DNA of 64,000 nt from contig NIVC01001113.1 in assembly GCA_002269645.1 (NCBI GenBank), positions 292,077 through 356,076 on the forward strand, read 5' to 3'. Shown here in pieces: positions 31,221-43,359 of this stretch. The DNA comes from Macrostomum lignano (taxonomy: Eukaryota). The number at the start of each line of letters is the position of its first letter. Positions within the stretch are counted from its first letter, which is position 1. Made by a program: the position numbers and the translations under genes. The notes beneath the pieces are model-generated. The model was given only the letters and a program-made list of their open reading frames with translations. It had not been told where the DNA came from and searched no databases.

Positions 31221-33559
31221 TGATTCTGTCAGGGATAATATGGATGGATTTAGGTGGATTATGTTCGAAGTTTTCGGAGCAAAGGCGACCCCCCTTTTTT
31301 CTGATTCTATCGGGGATAATATGGATGGATTTAGGTGGGTTATGGAGGAGGTGAAAAATTTTGTCCCAGAAGCCCCCTCATGCATTCTACTACAGTATAA
31401 TGTTGCAAGAGTGGGGAGTGGCAGAGCTACATGTATATATAGTTTTATGGCAAAAGCTAAGGCCAAGTCAACGCATGCAGTGGTAAAAGCAGTCTGTAAA
31501 GCCAAATAGTGAAAGTTAACCTTAACTTATAGCACCCTGGCAGCCAATGCTGCCTGCCTGCATCTGATCTAACTAAACTAGCAGGGCAGTTGGTTGTATT
31601 TATACTTATACTTTCTGTACAACATCAATTGGTTAAGCTAAGGGCTTTTAAACGTTTTATTTATATAGTAATACTCATAAATGATTCTATTTTATTTTAT
31701 CACCAAAATCATATACTCGACTTAATCTTTCACAGAATGATGTACAGCCTTAGTTGCCTTTGCCTACTAATTTGAAGTGGCATCCTAGCTATCAATGGTA
31801 TTCTGGCTGAGAGTGAGTGCTCAATTGTTATAAATGAGTTAAATACTCATAAGCCTAACATTGGATCTCAAGAATTTTCAGACTTCATTGAGCTGAAGAA
31901 AGTTTGTTCCACAACTGCAATGCTATCAGGATCAGTGCCAGTGAGACTCCGTGATTTTCTTCTGATTGGTGTTCAAGAATATAGCGGCGATTTTAGACGA
32001 CCTGTGGTTTCATTTTCTGCTGACTTCTATCGGTCCCCGGGCTTCAAAACGGGCAGCAGTTTCTTTGTTATCGCATCAAAAGAGAAGCAGGAAACAGCAG
32101 ATATGTTATTACCGATACATCTATTGGGTATCAGGGAAAAACTAGACAAGGGCTGCCAAGTTCCGCTCCTAGGGGATCATCGCAGTCATCCATAATTGAT
32201 TTTTTCAAGTCTGCTAGCAAGACAATTCCAACAGAACCAAATGCATTAAAGAATGGGAATGGTAAAAGTGCTATGGCCATTATTCTCTTGTATCAACGAG
32301 ACTTTTCTAGACCAGAATCGGACAGTTCAAGTTCCACCACTGCCAGTAGCATTGGAAAGCTGCGACTAGCTAAAATGCATGCAACACAAAGAAGACTTGT
32401 TTATGAAGATAAAATTATAACTGATGACTCATTATCTGAAATTATTAGAAACAATGTGCATGACATGATCATCTATGCACGAAGTACACAAAATAACAGG
32501 TGCATATTTTAGTCCGTTTATCGTAGGCTAAAAGACAAGCCTAACTACATCTTAAAGCCAGCAAGAGAATGGGATGAACTTGGTCATGAGGACTATTCAA
32601 TAAACCGGTACCCTGAATCCAGCAGTGAGTTACGAAAGCCTTTGCTTTTTACAAGGTGGAAACTTGGACGGTTGACTCCAGGTAGAGAAAATGACTGCTC
32701 AGGTGCTCATTGGATTTTAGAGGACACTATTGAAGCCATCATAAATACGCCTTCAAGAGAAGCAGGTACATCGGCAGACTCAGCATTGGCATCTGCTTCA
32801 TCAGCAACAGAAAGAATCGAAAGGCGACTAGCTCCTGCTCCAGCTCCATGTTCTGAAAGCTCACACCGTAGTGAATTGGCCAGGTGTAATGAATTTTCAG
32901 AGCAAATAGCAGCTAATCGAGATCATGCTGTTCGAACTGCTGCTGCAACAGCAGAGGCGGAAGGTTGTCTGAGTGGAGATAGAGATGGAGAAACTTCTAA
33001 CTTTTGCTCTGCTGCAAATGTACAGGAAAGAAAGAGTTGTTGGAGAATGACCAGCAAACAAGCCAACGACAGGTGGAAATTATTAGGCAAGTAAATATTC
33101 AAGACAATCAACTAAACGATTATTTTGAAAAAGTCCTATTGTTGATTTAGATTCGAGCGACTCAAGTGGTTCAGGTGATGTTGAAATAGTACAAGTAAAT
33201 AATGCAGAAGCAGGGCCATCGCAAAGAAAAAGACCATGCATAAGCACATCTGCAGACGCATGTCTAGCCACTTCAGCATCAAAGCCCTCGTCTTCTTCTA
33301 TGATGGGCGAAAATATTGAAGTTGTGCCTAAAAAGGACTGGGAGGATACATCTGGTTTTGAGGGGAGTGATTAAATTTTTTGGAGATGCACCAGTCACAG
33401 TAAGTATATGGTAACTGGAAAACTGACGAACTGTAATGTATAGTGTATTCCACTCCCACTAATTTATTAGCATATTGCTTAGATACTCACAATATAGTCC
33501 AAATTCCAAAAATACTTAATTTAACCATTCCAGATCATTTTCAAAAAAGTTTTTGTCAC

Positions 33560-34320
33560 AAGAAATGAAGACGTGGTTTCAATGTGTTCAAAACATCGAA
33601 GATCTATCAAGATCTGGAATACAATGTCGGATCTGCAGAAACTTTTGAATGCACATAAGAACAAGGAGACAAATCTAGAGAACCAACGTAAGTTAACTTT
33701 TGCAACAGAAGGCTACATTCCCAAAGGTCATGCAAAAGATAGCATACGAAGAAAACTACAGAAACATTCATCAAATAGGCTTCAGTGACGCCATAAAGTG
33801 GATGAAGGAAAATCATATACTTCAATTCTTGCAAAGCAACTCAAACAGATTAATGAGGCTAAAACTAAACGAGATGAAATACGAGCTAACAGCCCGAGTT
33901 TCGACAACACTTTATGTTGAAGTCAAATATAATGTTCCATTCACTGCTCATCCAAATGTGATTGATTTACAAGTAAAAATGGCTTGGATATGGGGAGCCA
34001 TCAAAGGCATCGCAAGAGTGCCGCAGCAATGGTCGAATCAATCAGTAATACAATGCATCGGACGTTTGTGAATTACATTAAAAGTGCTGACAGTCTTTCC
34101 ATTACTATTGTACTGGATACAACATCTGATATTCATTCAAACAGCTACGTCATGATATACTTCAGAGTTCTTAAAAACAGCCAACCTTAGATATTTTTAT
34201 CGGTTTAAACGTCTGACTGAGGTAGAGACTGTGGAGGAAGCATTTATGAACTTCTCATCCGTTTATTTGCGGATGAAAAGCAAGTAGATGAAATCAAACA
34301 AAGGCTATCAGCGGCGTAAT
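33560..34320 (+). pseudogene. hAT (ZNF862-like) transposase N-terminal/catalytic region remnant
   Basis: TLYVEVKYNVPFTAHPNVIDLQ / GSHQRHRKSAAAMVESI...ITIVLDTTSDI...VMIYFR resembles ZNF862-type hAT transposases; several frameshifts. Confidence 0.7.
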
Positions 34321-34599
34321 TATTTTCCTGAGGATGACTATTCAATATTCAATGTGCTCAATCCAGTTTTATTGCCTAATGCTGAAACATTACATACTGT
34401 CTTTACATACAGTTGCTTATAAGTTAATCCATCCTATTTCTATTCCTTATTTTTGGCATCCCTCATCCAATTTAGGCATTTTTGCTTTTGTAATCCTTAA
34501 TTTTTCAAATTGATGTGTTTATGCAAATGTAGACTACACCCTAGTAAATGATACATTAAATTAACTCTCTTTTATGTCTTCTTAAATCCCCTTAAAAGC

Positions 34600-35535
34600 G
34601 AGACAGTCCTGTGCTGTCGTTCAAAATTCGCTTTCGCATTCCCAATCCCAGATCTATCCGCAGAAACCACAGCCGAAACTCTGTTCCAAGTCTTCTGTAT
34701 GTTTGGAATCCCGATAGAAATTTCCACAGACAACGGGAAAATTTTCACAGCATCGCTATTAGCTGAAGCTCTAGAAATTCTGGGAGTTAAGCACATCTTC
34801 TCGTCTACTTACCATCCGCAAGCAAATCATGTAGAGAGACTACACTCTGCCCTGCATAACATGCTTAGACATTACACTGTGGAGAATCCAAATGAATGGC
34901 ATAAATATCTATCAGCCACAATCTACGCCTACAATACAGCCAAGCAATCCTCTTCAACTTATTCTCCCTTCGAATTGGTTTTCGCGAGAAAACCCCTGAT
35001 GCCCACAGAGCTCACAACTCAGCTGAACCTAGTAAGATACATGGATGAACCGTCTTATGCAGCCCGAATGCAGGAAGCTATCACCTTGGCTAGAGAAATA
35101 GCCAGACATCACCTCAAAGTGGCTCAGGAAAAAAATACAGGCAGAGCTAACAAAAACCGAATGGCCCCTGCACTAGCCATTGGAGCCATAGTTATGCTAC
35201 AGATCCCAATGAGACAGGGAAAACACCAAGCTAAGTTCACGGGCCCATACGAAATCGTGAAAAGAAATAGTGCCACGTCCGTCATGATAAGGAAAATTGA
35301 CGATCCGACTCAAGAACCCCTTCAGGTGCACACGGACAGGCTAAAGCCAATAGCATCGCCAACACCTAAGGTACTGCTCCCCGACCTGCGACCAAGTGAT
35401 CCGCGAAGAATGCAACGCCAACACAGGCAACTGTTCGGTAAGGAAGTGGGCGTACAAGCGGACGACGAGACGCTCGCGGACACAATTCGAAAGAAGTACA
35501 ATCTGAGGAGCAAACCCATACTCCTGGACAAATGA
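34600..35535 (+). pseudogene. Gypsy/Ty3-type integrase, 5'-truncated pol end
   Basis: SKFAFAFPIPDLSAET...FGIPIEISTDNGKIF...YHPQANHVER...YNTAKQSSSTYSPFELVFAR...KFTGPYEI (GPY/F motif). Confidence 0.9.
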
Positions 35536-35687
35536 TGTCAGGAGATGGGGGGGAGAGTACAAAGACTATAATGACTATTTGATTTACGTATTAATTCGTT
35601 GACACTAGAATTAGAAACTTATATTAACTATTTACTCAAATATCAACACTTAACTTTAACCCCTCTGAAAACTACTCATTATACCAG

Positions 35688-36431
35688 ATGTATGACCGAC
35701 AGCTCGATACGCTAGATGACTGCATCCTGGGAGACGAAGATACCCAGACACCGTGTCCTATAGTTCAACCCCTTTTCAAATCAACATCTCACGCCAGAAC
35801 TGATGACCAGAAGTGGCCCGAACAACACTTGTTAACATGGATAGAACAACAGCTGGACAAACTACGGCAAGATTGGCAACGACGCCGACCCGCGCTTCAA
35901 CGAAAGGCAAGCATAGCACCATCCACGAGCAACGACTTCCACAAAGCAACAATATTCGCAAGGCGACTCCAAACGGCACTAGCGGTACAGACAGTAATTC
36001 AAAGCAGGCCAGCGCGGTATGATGAAATGAAACTGTTTGACATCCACCAGCAGATGCTTGACATGCCACGAACATCTGCTAACGTCGTAACACACCTCAC
36101 CACGCGCCGCATCCTGGCAGATCCTAAAGACCCACGCTGGTTACTCTCTGATTACTCTATCTTGAAATTCAACACTACACTCCTTTTCCTCTACGATGAT
36201 AAGGCCGCGTTCTCTTGTCTGCATGTCACAGTGTGGGATCGCCGCGTGACGACAACTCTAATCCACCCTCATGGACCCACCAGCACACTATCACTCCAAG
36301 CAGATGTACTCTTCAATTATCTTATCAACGCCTTCAACTATCACGGCCTCGAAATTGAACCCAAGGAGCGACATTCACTAACCACAATTTCACATTCACC
36401 TGCAACCTACAATGGCCTCACTTTTACATAG
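35688..36431 (+). CDS. Accessory ORF3 of the LTR element, unknown function (not env-like)
   Basis: 247-aa ORF after pol; CAG acceptor-like site immediately before the ATG; no signal peptide or TM segment visible. Confidence 0.5.
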   Translation: MYDRQLDTLDDCILGDEDTQTPCPIVQPLFKSTSHARTDDQKWPEQHLLTWIEQQLDKLRQDWQRRRPALQRKASIAPSTSNDFHKATIFARRLQTALAVQTVIQSRPARYDEMKLFDIHQQMLDMPRTSANVVTHLTTRRILADPKDPRWLLSDYSILKFNTTLLFLYDDKAAFSCLHVTVWDRRVTTTLIHPHGPTSTLSLQADVLFNYLINAFNYHGLEIEPKERHSLTTISHSPATYNGLTFT

Positions 36432-36942
36432 CGTTGACAGCAGCAGGCGAACCAAAACTAGACCCTTAAGGTACTAGGAAGGGTCTGGCTGCAAGAGAAC
36501 AAAAAGGATAATACAAGGGATGAAGCCCTGCTCTAGGGTTGTAGCGAATTGGTGAGACACCAATCCGCCTCATCCTGGGGACACCTTCACCCATGGGTAC
36601 GCTCCTTTGTTCAATGCAGCTTCACAGCAGGACGGCCTACTCTTAAGACAAGAATAGACCAAACGAAAGTTAATTTTTGAAGCTAACTACAACGCTATGT
36701 AATCAAACAACAGACACATTAACTTTGATACCAATTGTACCCACAAACACTGCTTATCCTGACACAGGCCTATTCTGACTTACTCTGCCTATTCTGACTT
36801 ACTCTGCCTATTCTGCTTATTCTAACAATTCTCACACCTAAACTTTATTATGATCCCTTGATGTTTACTATGTTATCTTTTGGCCACAAGTTGTGATATT
36901 CGATGCCTACTGATACTTATATACCCGAATTGATAACGATAT

Positions 36943-37284
36943 TTATGACAGATAAAAATAGAATTGCAGAATATACATTGTTAACAAAGTCCAATCAATG
37001 AAATTATTTTGCTTACTAGGCAGGCAGGCCCTGATACCGTTGGCGACGCAGGTAGCAGAGTAGCACCAATACCAACGCCAGAAATAATAGAAGGCCGCTG
37101 CCCCCCCCCCCACTCCGCCCAGCCAGCTACGAAGCGTCTGTAAACCGCCATCCTGAGCAGCCATTCGAGCTTCTAGGCGAAGGAGGCGGTGCTCTAGGCC
37201 CATAGAACGGCCCTCTACAGCCTGCAACCGCTCCTCTAGACCGTTAACTAGACGCATTAAACGCCTTGCCGTATACTCTGACAT
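36943..37284 (-). CDS. Antisense coiled-coil plus hydrophobic-segment ORF upstream of the 3' LTR
   Basis: MSEYTARRLMRLVNGLEERLQAVEGRSMGLEHRLLRLEARMAAQ (heptads) then LGGVGGGAAAFYYFWRWYW; lies within ORF 36943-37380. Confidence 0.45.
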   Translation of the reverse strand: MSEYTARRLMRLVNGLEERLQAVEGRSMGLEHRLLRLEARMAAQDGGLQTLRSWLGGVGGGAAAFYYFWRWYWCYSATCVANGIRACLPSKQNNFIDWTLLTMYILQFYFYLS

Positions 37285-37406
37285 TATCAAGCAGCGATAG
37301 CGGCGGGACAAGACTTGATTGAATAGTTCATTGAAGGGCCCCACTCCCTTGTGCCGCGGTTTAAAAGGAAAAGGAACCAAAACTTTAGGAGGGGAGGACC
37401 CCCTTT

Positions 37407-39019
37407 TGTTAGGACCGAGCGCGGCCTCAACTTCAGATTCTTAAAACCCCATCCCGCGCGCCTCGCCCACCCACCACCCCATGTACGCAGGGGATAGATC
37501 TAATGTACAGCAGACCGCTAAGAGAAGCTTTGAGCCGAAAAGATACACGCTAAACCACCACACGCAAGAATCAAAAAAATACTCTCGCTTAATTTTAGCG
37601 CTTAAATCATGGCAGCATACACCATCTATAAAGCTTACGCCCGGCGACCTGGCCAGGCCTTTGTGGACGTGAATATCCATGTCCACAAGTGCGTTAAAAA
37701 GGACGCACAAACACAGGTCGCCGAGTGCGACATCGACGGTGGCCACTCAGTGGCCACGCAAACCGCCGAACAAGACAAAGAATGGGGACGCGTGTTAACC
37801 CCTAAAAAGACTCCATGGGACGGAGGCCCCTACAAGGCCTCCGCGACCAGCCGGCCGTGGCCCACGTCACACGGCTACCACCAATATTTATGGTCCAAAG
37901 GCACCCGCCCAGAGGGCGAGGAAGACTACAATAATTAAAGCTGCCTCTCTATAACACTGAAAAACTTTGACACAACTATTTATAGACCTCTGCTAGCACA
38001 TCCTTCTCTACCTCTAATACAACGTTTTACTGCCATTTGCAGATTTCTAAAATCTTATATCTTACTATAATGGGAAACACATCAATAATAGATGGATCAA
38101 ATCCTTGTTATCACAAGGATTTCGAAAAAAGGGGGAATCATATAAGAGTTAGAAATATGATTAGCTGTCCATCAATTTGAATAGCCGAATCTAATTAAGC
38201 CTTTTCCATTCCAGTCAGTAGCCACACCCCGCCGCAGGAACAAGGGCGATTAAACTGGTTAGGAGAAGTGGCTCAGCTTAAAGAACAACGCGGCACGCGG
38301 CATCTTCTGGCGCACCCTGAGGGAGAAACGTGAGGCCCACCTACAGACTCCCATCCAACCTTAAGTGGCCCAAGAAGGCGAGATCAACCCCAAGCTGCCT
38401 GACAACCGAGAGAAACAAAGGACTGTTTAATAATCTATGGACAGAGTTTAGAGACGGAAAACTAAGCACTTTTCCTATAATCTTTCTATCCCAAATTTTA
38501 TCCAACTCAACACATAGATTTGCTAAAGCCCGAATAATCTCTAACCTTCACACTTAGCAACCTATTAGAACTAACTAAATCCATGTACAACTAGGGGACT
38601 GTGTCCCAGATTGTTATTGCTCAACCCTCCACCGTTGCTAACAACGCAAAGACACCCCACCGGCGGCGAGGGAGGCCAAAATGCTAATTGGTATAAATAG
38701 ATGCTTAGCTCAAACTGGAGCGGCGCTTTGTTTTCTCTGCGCAGTTTTCGATCTCGAATTGCTCCGTTTGAATTAGTCTCTGGATTATCCAGTTGGCACA
38801 AATCCAAGTCTTCAATATAATTATTTGTCTTAATTGTCGCGCAGAGCAAATCCTAGAGACTCAAACTCAGCTTAGATACTAGGAGATCCCGTCAGTTTAT
38901 ACGGTTTTCTCTGACGGCCTGACTGGAGAAATTAGCGCTGTACGAACCTTAGACTGCTAGACATCTATCTTAAGAAAGTGAGAACACAAACTCAAAGGCC
39001 CCAGAGAAAAACGCGTATA
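37407..39019 (+). repeat. LTR copy 2 (3' LTR, about 1.6 kb)
   Basis: Begins TGTTAGG after the purine tract aggaggggagga (37387-37398); TATAAATA at 38692; direct repeat of 10975-12213. Confidence 0.75.
37609..37938 (+). CDS. 109-aa ORF inside the LTR U3
   Basis: Open in both LTR copies (11010-11285 in copy 1) with few substitutions; no recognised domain. Confidence 0.35.
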   Translation: MAAYTIYKAYARRPGQAFVDVNIHVHKCVKKDAQTQVAECDIDGGHSVATQTAEQDKEWGRVLTPKKTPWDGGPYKASATSRPWPTSHGYHQYLWSKGTRPEGEEDYNN

Positions 39020-39604
39020 GGAAACTTGCAAAAATCTACATTTGGTCTATTCACTATTGCACACCAAAAGTAGACATGCATAGTTGGCATGCATCATTCC
39101 TAAGAAAATAGTATGTGTATACTTGGCGTGCACTTTATAGAATAATGCAAAAAAGTTATTGTAAAATAGAAAAAAAACAAAAAAGGTTCATAAAGAGTAA
39201 ATTTCAAGCTTTCTAGGTTTTTATGCTCATAATAAAGCATTTAAGCAAATCTTTGCATGTATTGATTTTTACTATGAATAGTATAGTTCAAAAAGCAAAA
39301 AAATAAACCAAATTATCTGCCAAAAGGCTCTATTTCACAATTCAAAAAAGGTCTTTTATTGTCACAATTAGGGATGTCGACCCCGGGGAGTGCTCCCCGG
39401 GGCCCCGGGGAGCTTGTTGGGGAATACTCCCCGGGGAATTGGACCGGGGACCCCGGGGAGAAAAAAAAAGCATTTTTAACTTAATTTTTGCCATTTAAAT
39501 AAGAAAATCATTCACAGAAAGCTGATTGAAACTCTGTCTATGCTTTTTTACCGCAAAACTGCTTATTTCAATGTATTACTTCAAACACAACACACGTTTG
39601 AATG

Positions 39605-39831
39605 GGGGGGGGGTTCATAAGACCGAAATTTCACAATGCCAAAACACCATACTTCACAAGACCGAAACTTCATAAGACCGAAATTTCACAACGCCAAAAA
39701 CTCAAAATGCAGGGCCCTCCACAAGACCGAAACTTCATAAGACCGAAATTTCAAATCGTAGAAAACTTAATACAATAAGGAGCATGCAGAATTTTCGGCG
39801 TTGTGAAATTTTAGTCTTATGAAAGCGACCC
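39605..39831. mobile_element. MITE (Mutator-like, 9-bp TSD) nested in the hAT element
   Basis: Imperfect TIRs (ttcataagaccgaaatttcacaa), GGG...CCC ends, TSD gtttgaatg on both sides. Confidence 0.75.
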
Positions 39832-40070
39832 GTTTGAATGTTTTTTTTCACTATGAGTCTTTCAATCAAGCAAATTGAACGTACGAGTGTAGAAACCTGT
39901 CAGGAAAGAGAAACTTACGAACTATTGTGTTGGTCTGCGTTGATGGCTTGACGCATTTGACGCAGACACAGCGCTGTGTCCTGCGTCAGTCACTTACGCA
40001 TAGGGGGGGGGGTGTCATACAATAACAAAATACTCCCTATTAGACAGGACAAAATGGTGATTTACATGTA

Positions 40071-40696
40071 TACTCAGCAACAGTCAAAAGTTCCACCCCA
40101 CTAAGCGAGATGATTTTTTCACTTATTGCGAGTGACGCAACCTACGGCACGCGCAAAGCTTATTGCCGCTTGGGGGTGGCTTGGGTCTGCTTAATGGTCC
40201 AGGCCCAGACATTAAGCAGACCCAAGCCCAGGAACAACGCCCCGCCACACCAAGCCGATGCTGTTAGTCAACTGAAGGAATAGCTACAGCTGCGCACTCT
40301 GCGCTGGCCTTCCCGGTCCCCAGACATGAATCCCATCGAGCATGTCTGGGACTTCCTAAAACATAGCATTTGAAAAGAGAATCCACCATAGAATGTTGCG
40401 GAGAGCTCTGTGTCATGCCATTGAAAATGCTTTGGAGCGGCTTCCCCAGAACTTTCTGCGCTGCCTCATCATTGGGGTGCCCCGCAGAGTCGTCGCACTT
40501 CTGCGTGCAAGGGAATCCCTCACACATCGCGATTCTAACTGAATATTGCATAAAAAATTTATGATTTTACTATGAGTACTGATAGTCAATCAACTTTCCC
40601 TTTCTCGCAGTGGCTTAGTTGCGTAACTTGGGGGTTGAATTGCGAGTGTGAAGTTTTCGCAATTTGGAGGGTGGAACTTTTGACTGTTGCTGAGTA
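40071..40696 (+). mobile_element. Internally deleted Tc1 element nested in the hAT element
   Basis: 28-bp TIR tactcagcaacagtcaaaagttccaccc, TA TSD; remnant WPSRSPDMNPIEHVWDFLK (DD34E C-terminus). Confidence 0.9.
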
Positions 40697-43359
40697 TATC
40701 TGCAAGAAATTAAAATTCCAATTATAAAAACAGTCTCATTCATTAATTATCCTCCCACGAGTGTAGCTGCTGAGTATGCATTTTCCGCCTCCGTAGTCTG
40801 GACTCTTTCTGATAAAGGTCTGTTCGATTTGGTGATGCCACATACCCCCACGTTGTCAAATACAGTTTTAAACAAACATTGCTTAAAGTTTTTACCCTTG
40901 CGCCTTGAATATATAGTCCATCCAAAGCTTTAATCAAAGTTTAAAAAATGCCACTTAATGACTTAAGATCTAAGTTATCCGCCATTTTTTACTTATTTTT
41001 TCTTTTCCCCGGGGTCCCCGGGTTCCCCGGGGAATGACAATAAATTCCCCGGGTCCCCGATAAGAAAATTCCCCGGGGAATCGACATCCCTTATCACAAT
41101 GTAAAAATAGGTCATTTATTTTTGCAACATTGGCACAGTTTTGAGAATAGGCATGCACTCAATTTTTTAATTTTGGTATACATTTTTAATTATTCAATTT
41201 TTGTTTAGGCGTACACCTAGCATGATCTGGACTATAGCCTAGAAGGAGTAACCATAGCTTTTTATGGTCAATGAAAAATTTATGCTAGGAAAAAATCATG
41301 ACATGAAATTATTAGTTTTGAAATAATAAATTTGTAAACATGATTGTGATTTTGACTAAGCCTTAAACTTGACCCAAGAATGCTTTAAATGAACTTGAAT
41401 AAATAAAATGAGCTCCCCGTCATCTGCAAGCCAATATCTTTGTTTAAGTTTGTTTGAATTGTTGAAACTGCACCGATTTGAATGGCTAAAACTAACAAAT
41501 TAACTGGAACCCGCGCAGGACCAAACTACCAAAGCCCTCCCCTCCCCAACCTCAGTTTCCACGACATCTAAATTAGTACTGTTCATGTTTAAACCAAAAG
41601 TTAATTTAACAAATGAAAGAGGAAAATTGCCGTAAATTTGGTATTTGATATCAAAATTTGGTATAAAAAATTTAATATAGGAAACTAGGACATTGCCTAA
41701 AAACGAATTATAATGAACTATAATGAACTAGAATTATAATGCTGTTGACTGTAAAGGCAATTGTAGTAGGCGAAGGCCTCCCACTTCTCTCACCGAATGT
41801 AACTCAATTCTGCCATGTGGATTTGCTTACTAGTAAAATTGTGCATTGCTGACGCTATTTCCCTGCGTGGAAATCTGTTTCCCTTAATGTATTTCCCTTC
41901 CCACCTCCCGTATAATTTTTTTGTCTATGCTTTTCCTTAAGGTCCACCCAGTGTTTGATCATTACCACCCAGTGTACTGGGTGGTAATTCCTCTTTCCTC
42001 CCTACCTGGTGTCTTTCCTGTCCCACCTGGGATAACTTGTTTCCTCCTGGTGGTTCATGAGAGCCCTTTTTAAGAGTCTGCACCCCGCCTTTCCCAGCCA
42101 GACTCTCGTGGCCTTTGCCTCGGAACTCCATGGAATCGCCCACCTTCCTTAGCTACAGCCCACTATGAGAGGCCCCTAATTGTAAGCCCAACCTCCCAAC
42201 CTGACTAACTCTTCACCCAACATTTTAACAATAATATTTAAGTTAGTATTTGTTTGTAGCCAATAATCTCTTGGCATTTGTTGAATAATAATAGTAATAT
42301 CCTGTTTGGCCATTTGCTACTTTGGCCCATTGAATCTTGTATGTGAAATGATATCTTAGCCTTTGTGACCTTGGAAGCATTTATTTTGACCCTTAGAAGT
42401 CTACAGAGAAGTACTAGAGCAAACTCAAGCTAGTTGTAAGCTTTAGAGCTTTTTTTGCATACTGTATAATCGCGGTGGTGGCAGCAACCTACTACTATTG
42501 TATTAGTAACACTCTTGACAAACCTAGCTTATTTTGAAGTTTCGACCATTTTGGCTACAAATTCTACATTGGGCATTCTGAACATCGGCAAAACTAGACC
42601 GCTCAGCCGCGACACCACAGCTACCCTCCCCCTGAGCCTGAGGAACTCAGCAGCGGAGCTCCCCATCATCTGCAAGCCGAGACTTTCATTTAAGTTTGTT
42701 GAAATGTTGGAAGCGCACTGATTCGAACGGCTGGAACGAACAGATTAAACCTGGCAACCAAACCATAGTCAGGCCATAGTTCGGAAGAGGGCATGTACGC
42801 CGGAAATTTCCGGGGTACAGTCAAGAAATTTGGCGTACATGTTGGCGTACAAATAGTAATTTTCTAAGGCTTTTGGCGTACATGTTTAACCATGATTATT
42901 AATTTGGTGTGTAACATGCACCAAAAAGCAAAAAATTCGTAACCTAGTGAAATCAATAACAGTTACAAAGTCGTTCATTATGCATTTACTGTAAAATTTC
43001 ACGATTGATGCAGAACTGACTTTCGTGTTTTTTGCTTGTGGTGAAGTTGTAATTTTAACAAAAAATGCACAAATTTTACTTAAATTTTATAAATAAACTG
43101 TGTACATATAAATCTGTCACTTTTTAATAGTTCTTACTGATAAATAAAAAAGTTACTTTCCGTTTTCAACATAGACAATTTAAAATTAAATATCGATATC
43201 ACTAGTCCAGCTAGGTAATGTTTTTATCGGGCCGTTTTGGGCGTGAGACATTTGATATTCCTGATAGATACAACTCCGGACATTCATTTAGGTTGTATCG
43301 GACTCAAATGCGCGAGTCATCCCAACCTTCGCGGCCCAGCGGTTCCTTGGATGCCCGTC

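Larger units (their letters stand above)
15856..31391 (+). mobile_element. Maverick/Polinton (alpha-adintovirus-like) element B, 15.5 kb, bounded but decayed
   Basis: AGTAGAATG...CATTCTACT termini, 61-bp TIR (1 mismatch), perfect 6-bp TSD ACAGTA (15850-15855 and 31392-31397); carries INT, PLA2, pPolB, adenain, ATPase, MCP and penton genes. Confidence 0.92.
39369..41092. mobile_element. Non-autonomous hAT-type element with CCCCGGGG sub-terminal repeats
   Basis: TAGGGATGTCGA...TCGACATCCCTT termini; 8-bp TSD gtcacaat/atcacaat. Confidence 0.85.

Noticed and set aside
35688-36431. env gene of the Gypsy element
   Set aside because: Right position, but no signal peptide, furin site with fusion peptide, or TM anchor is visible.
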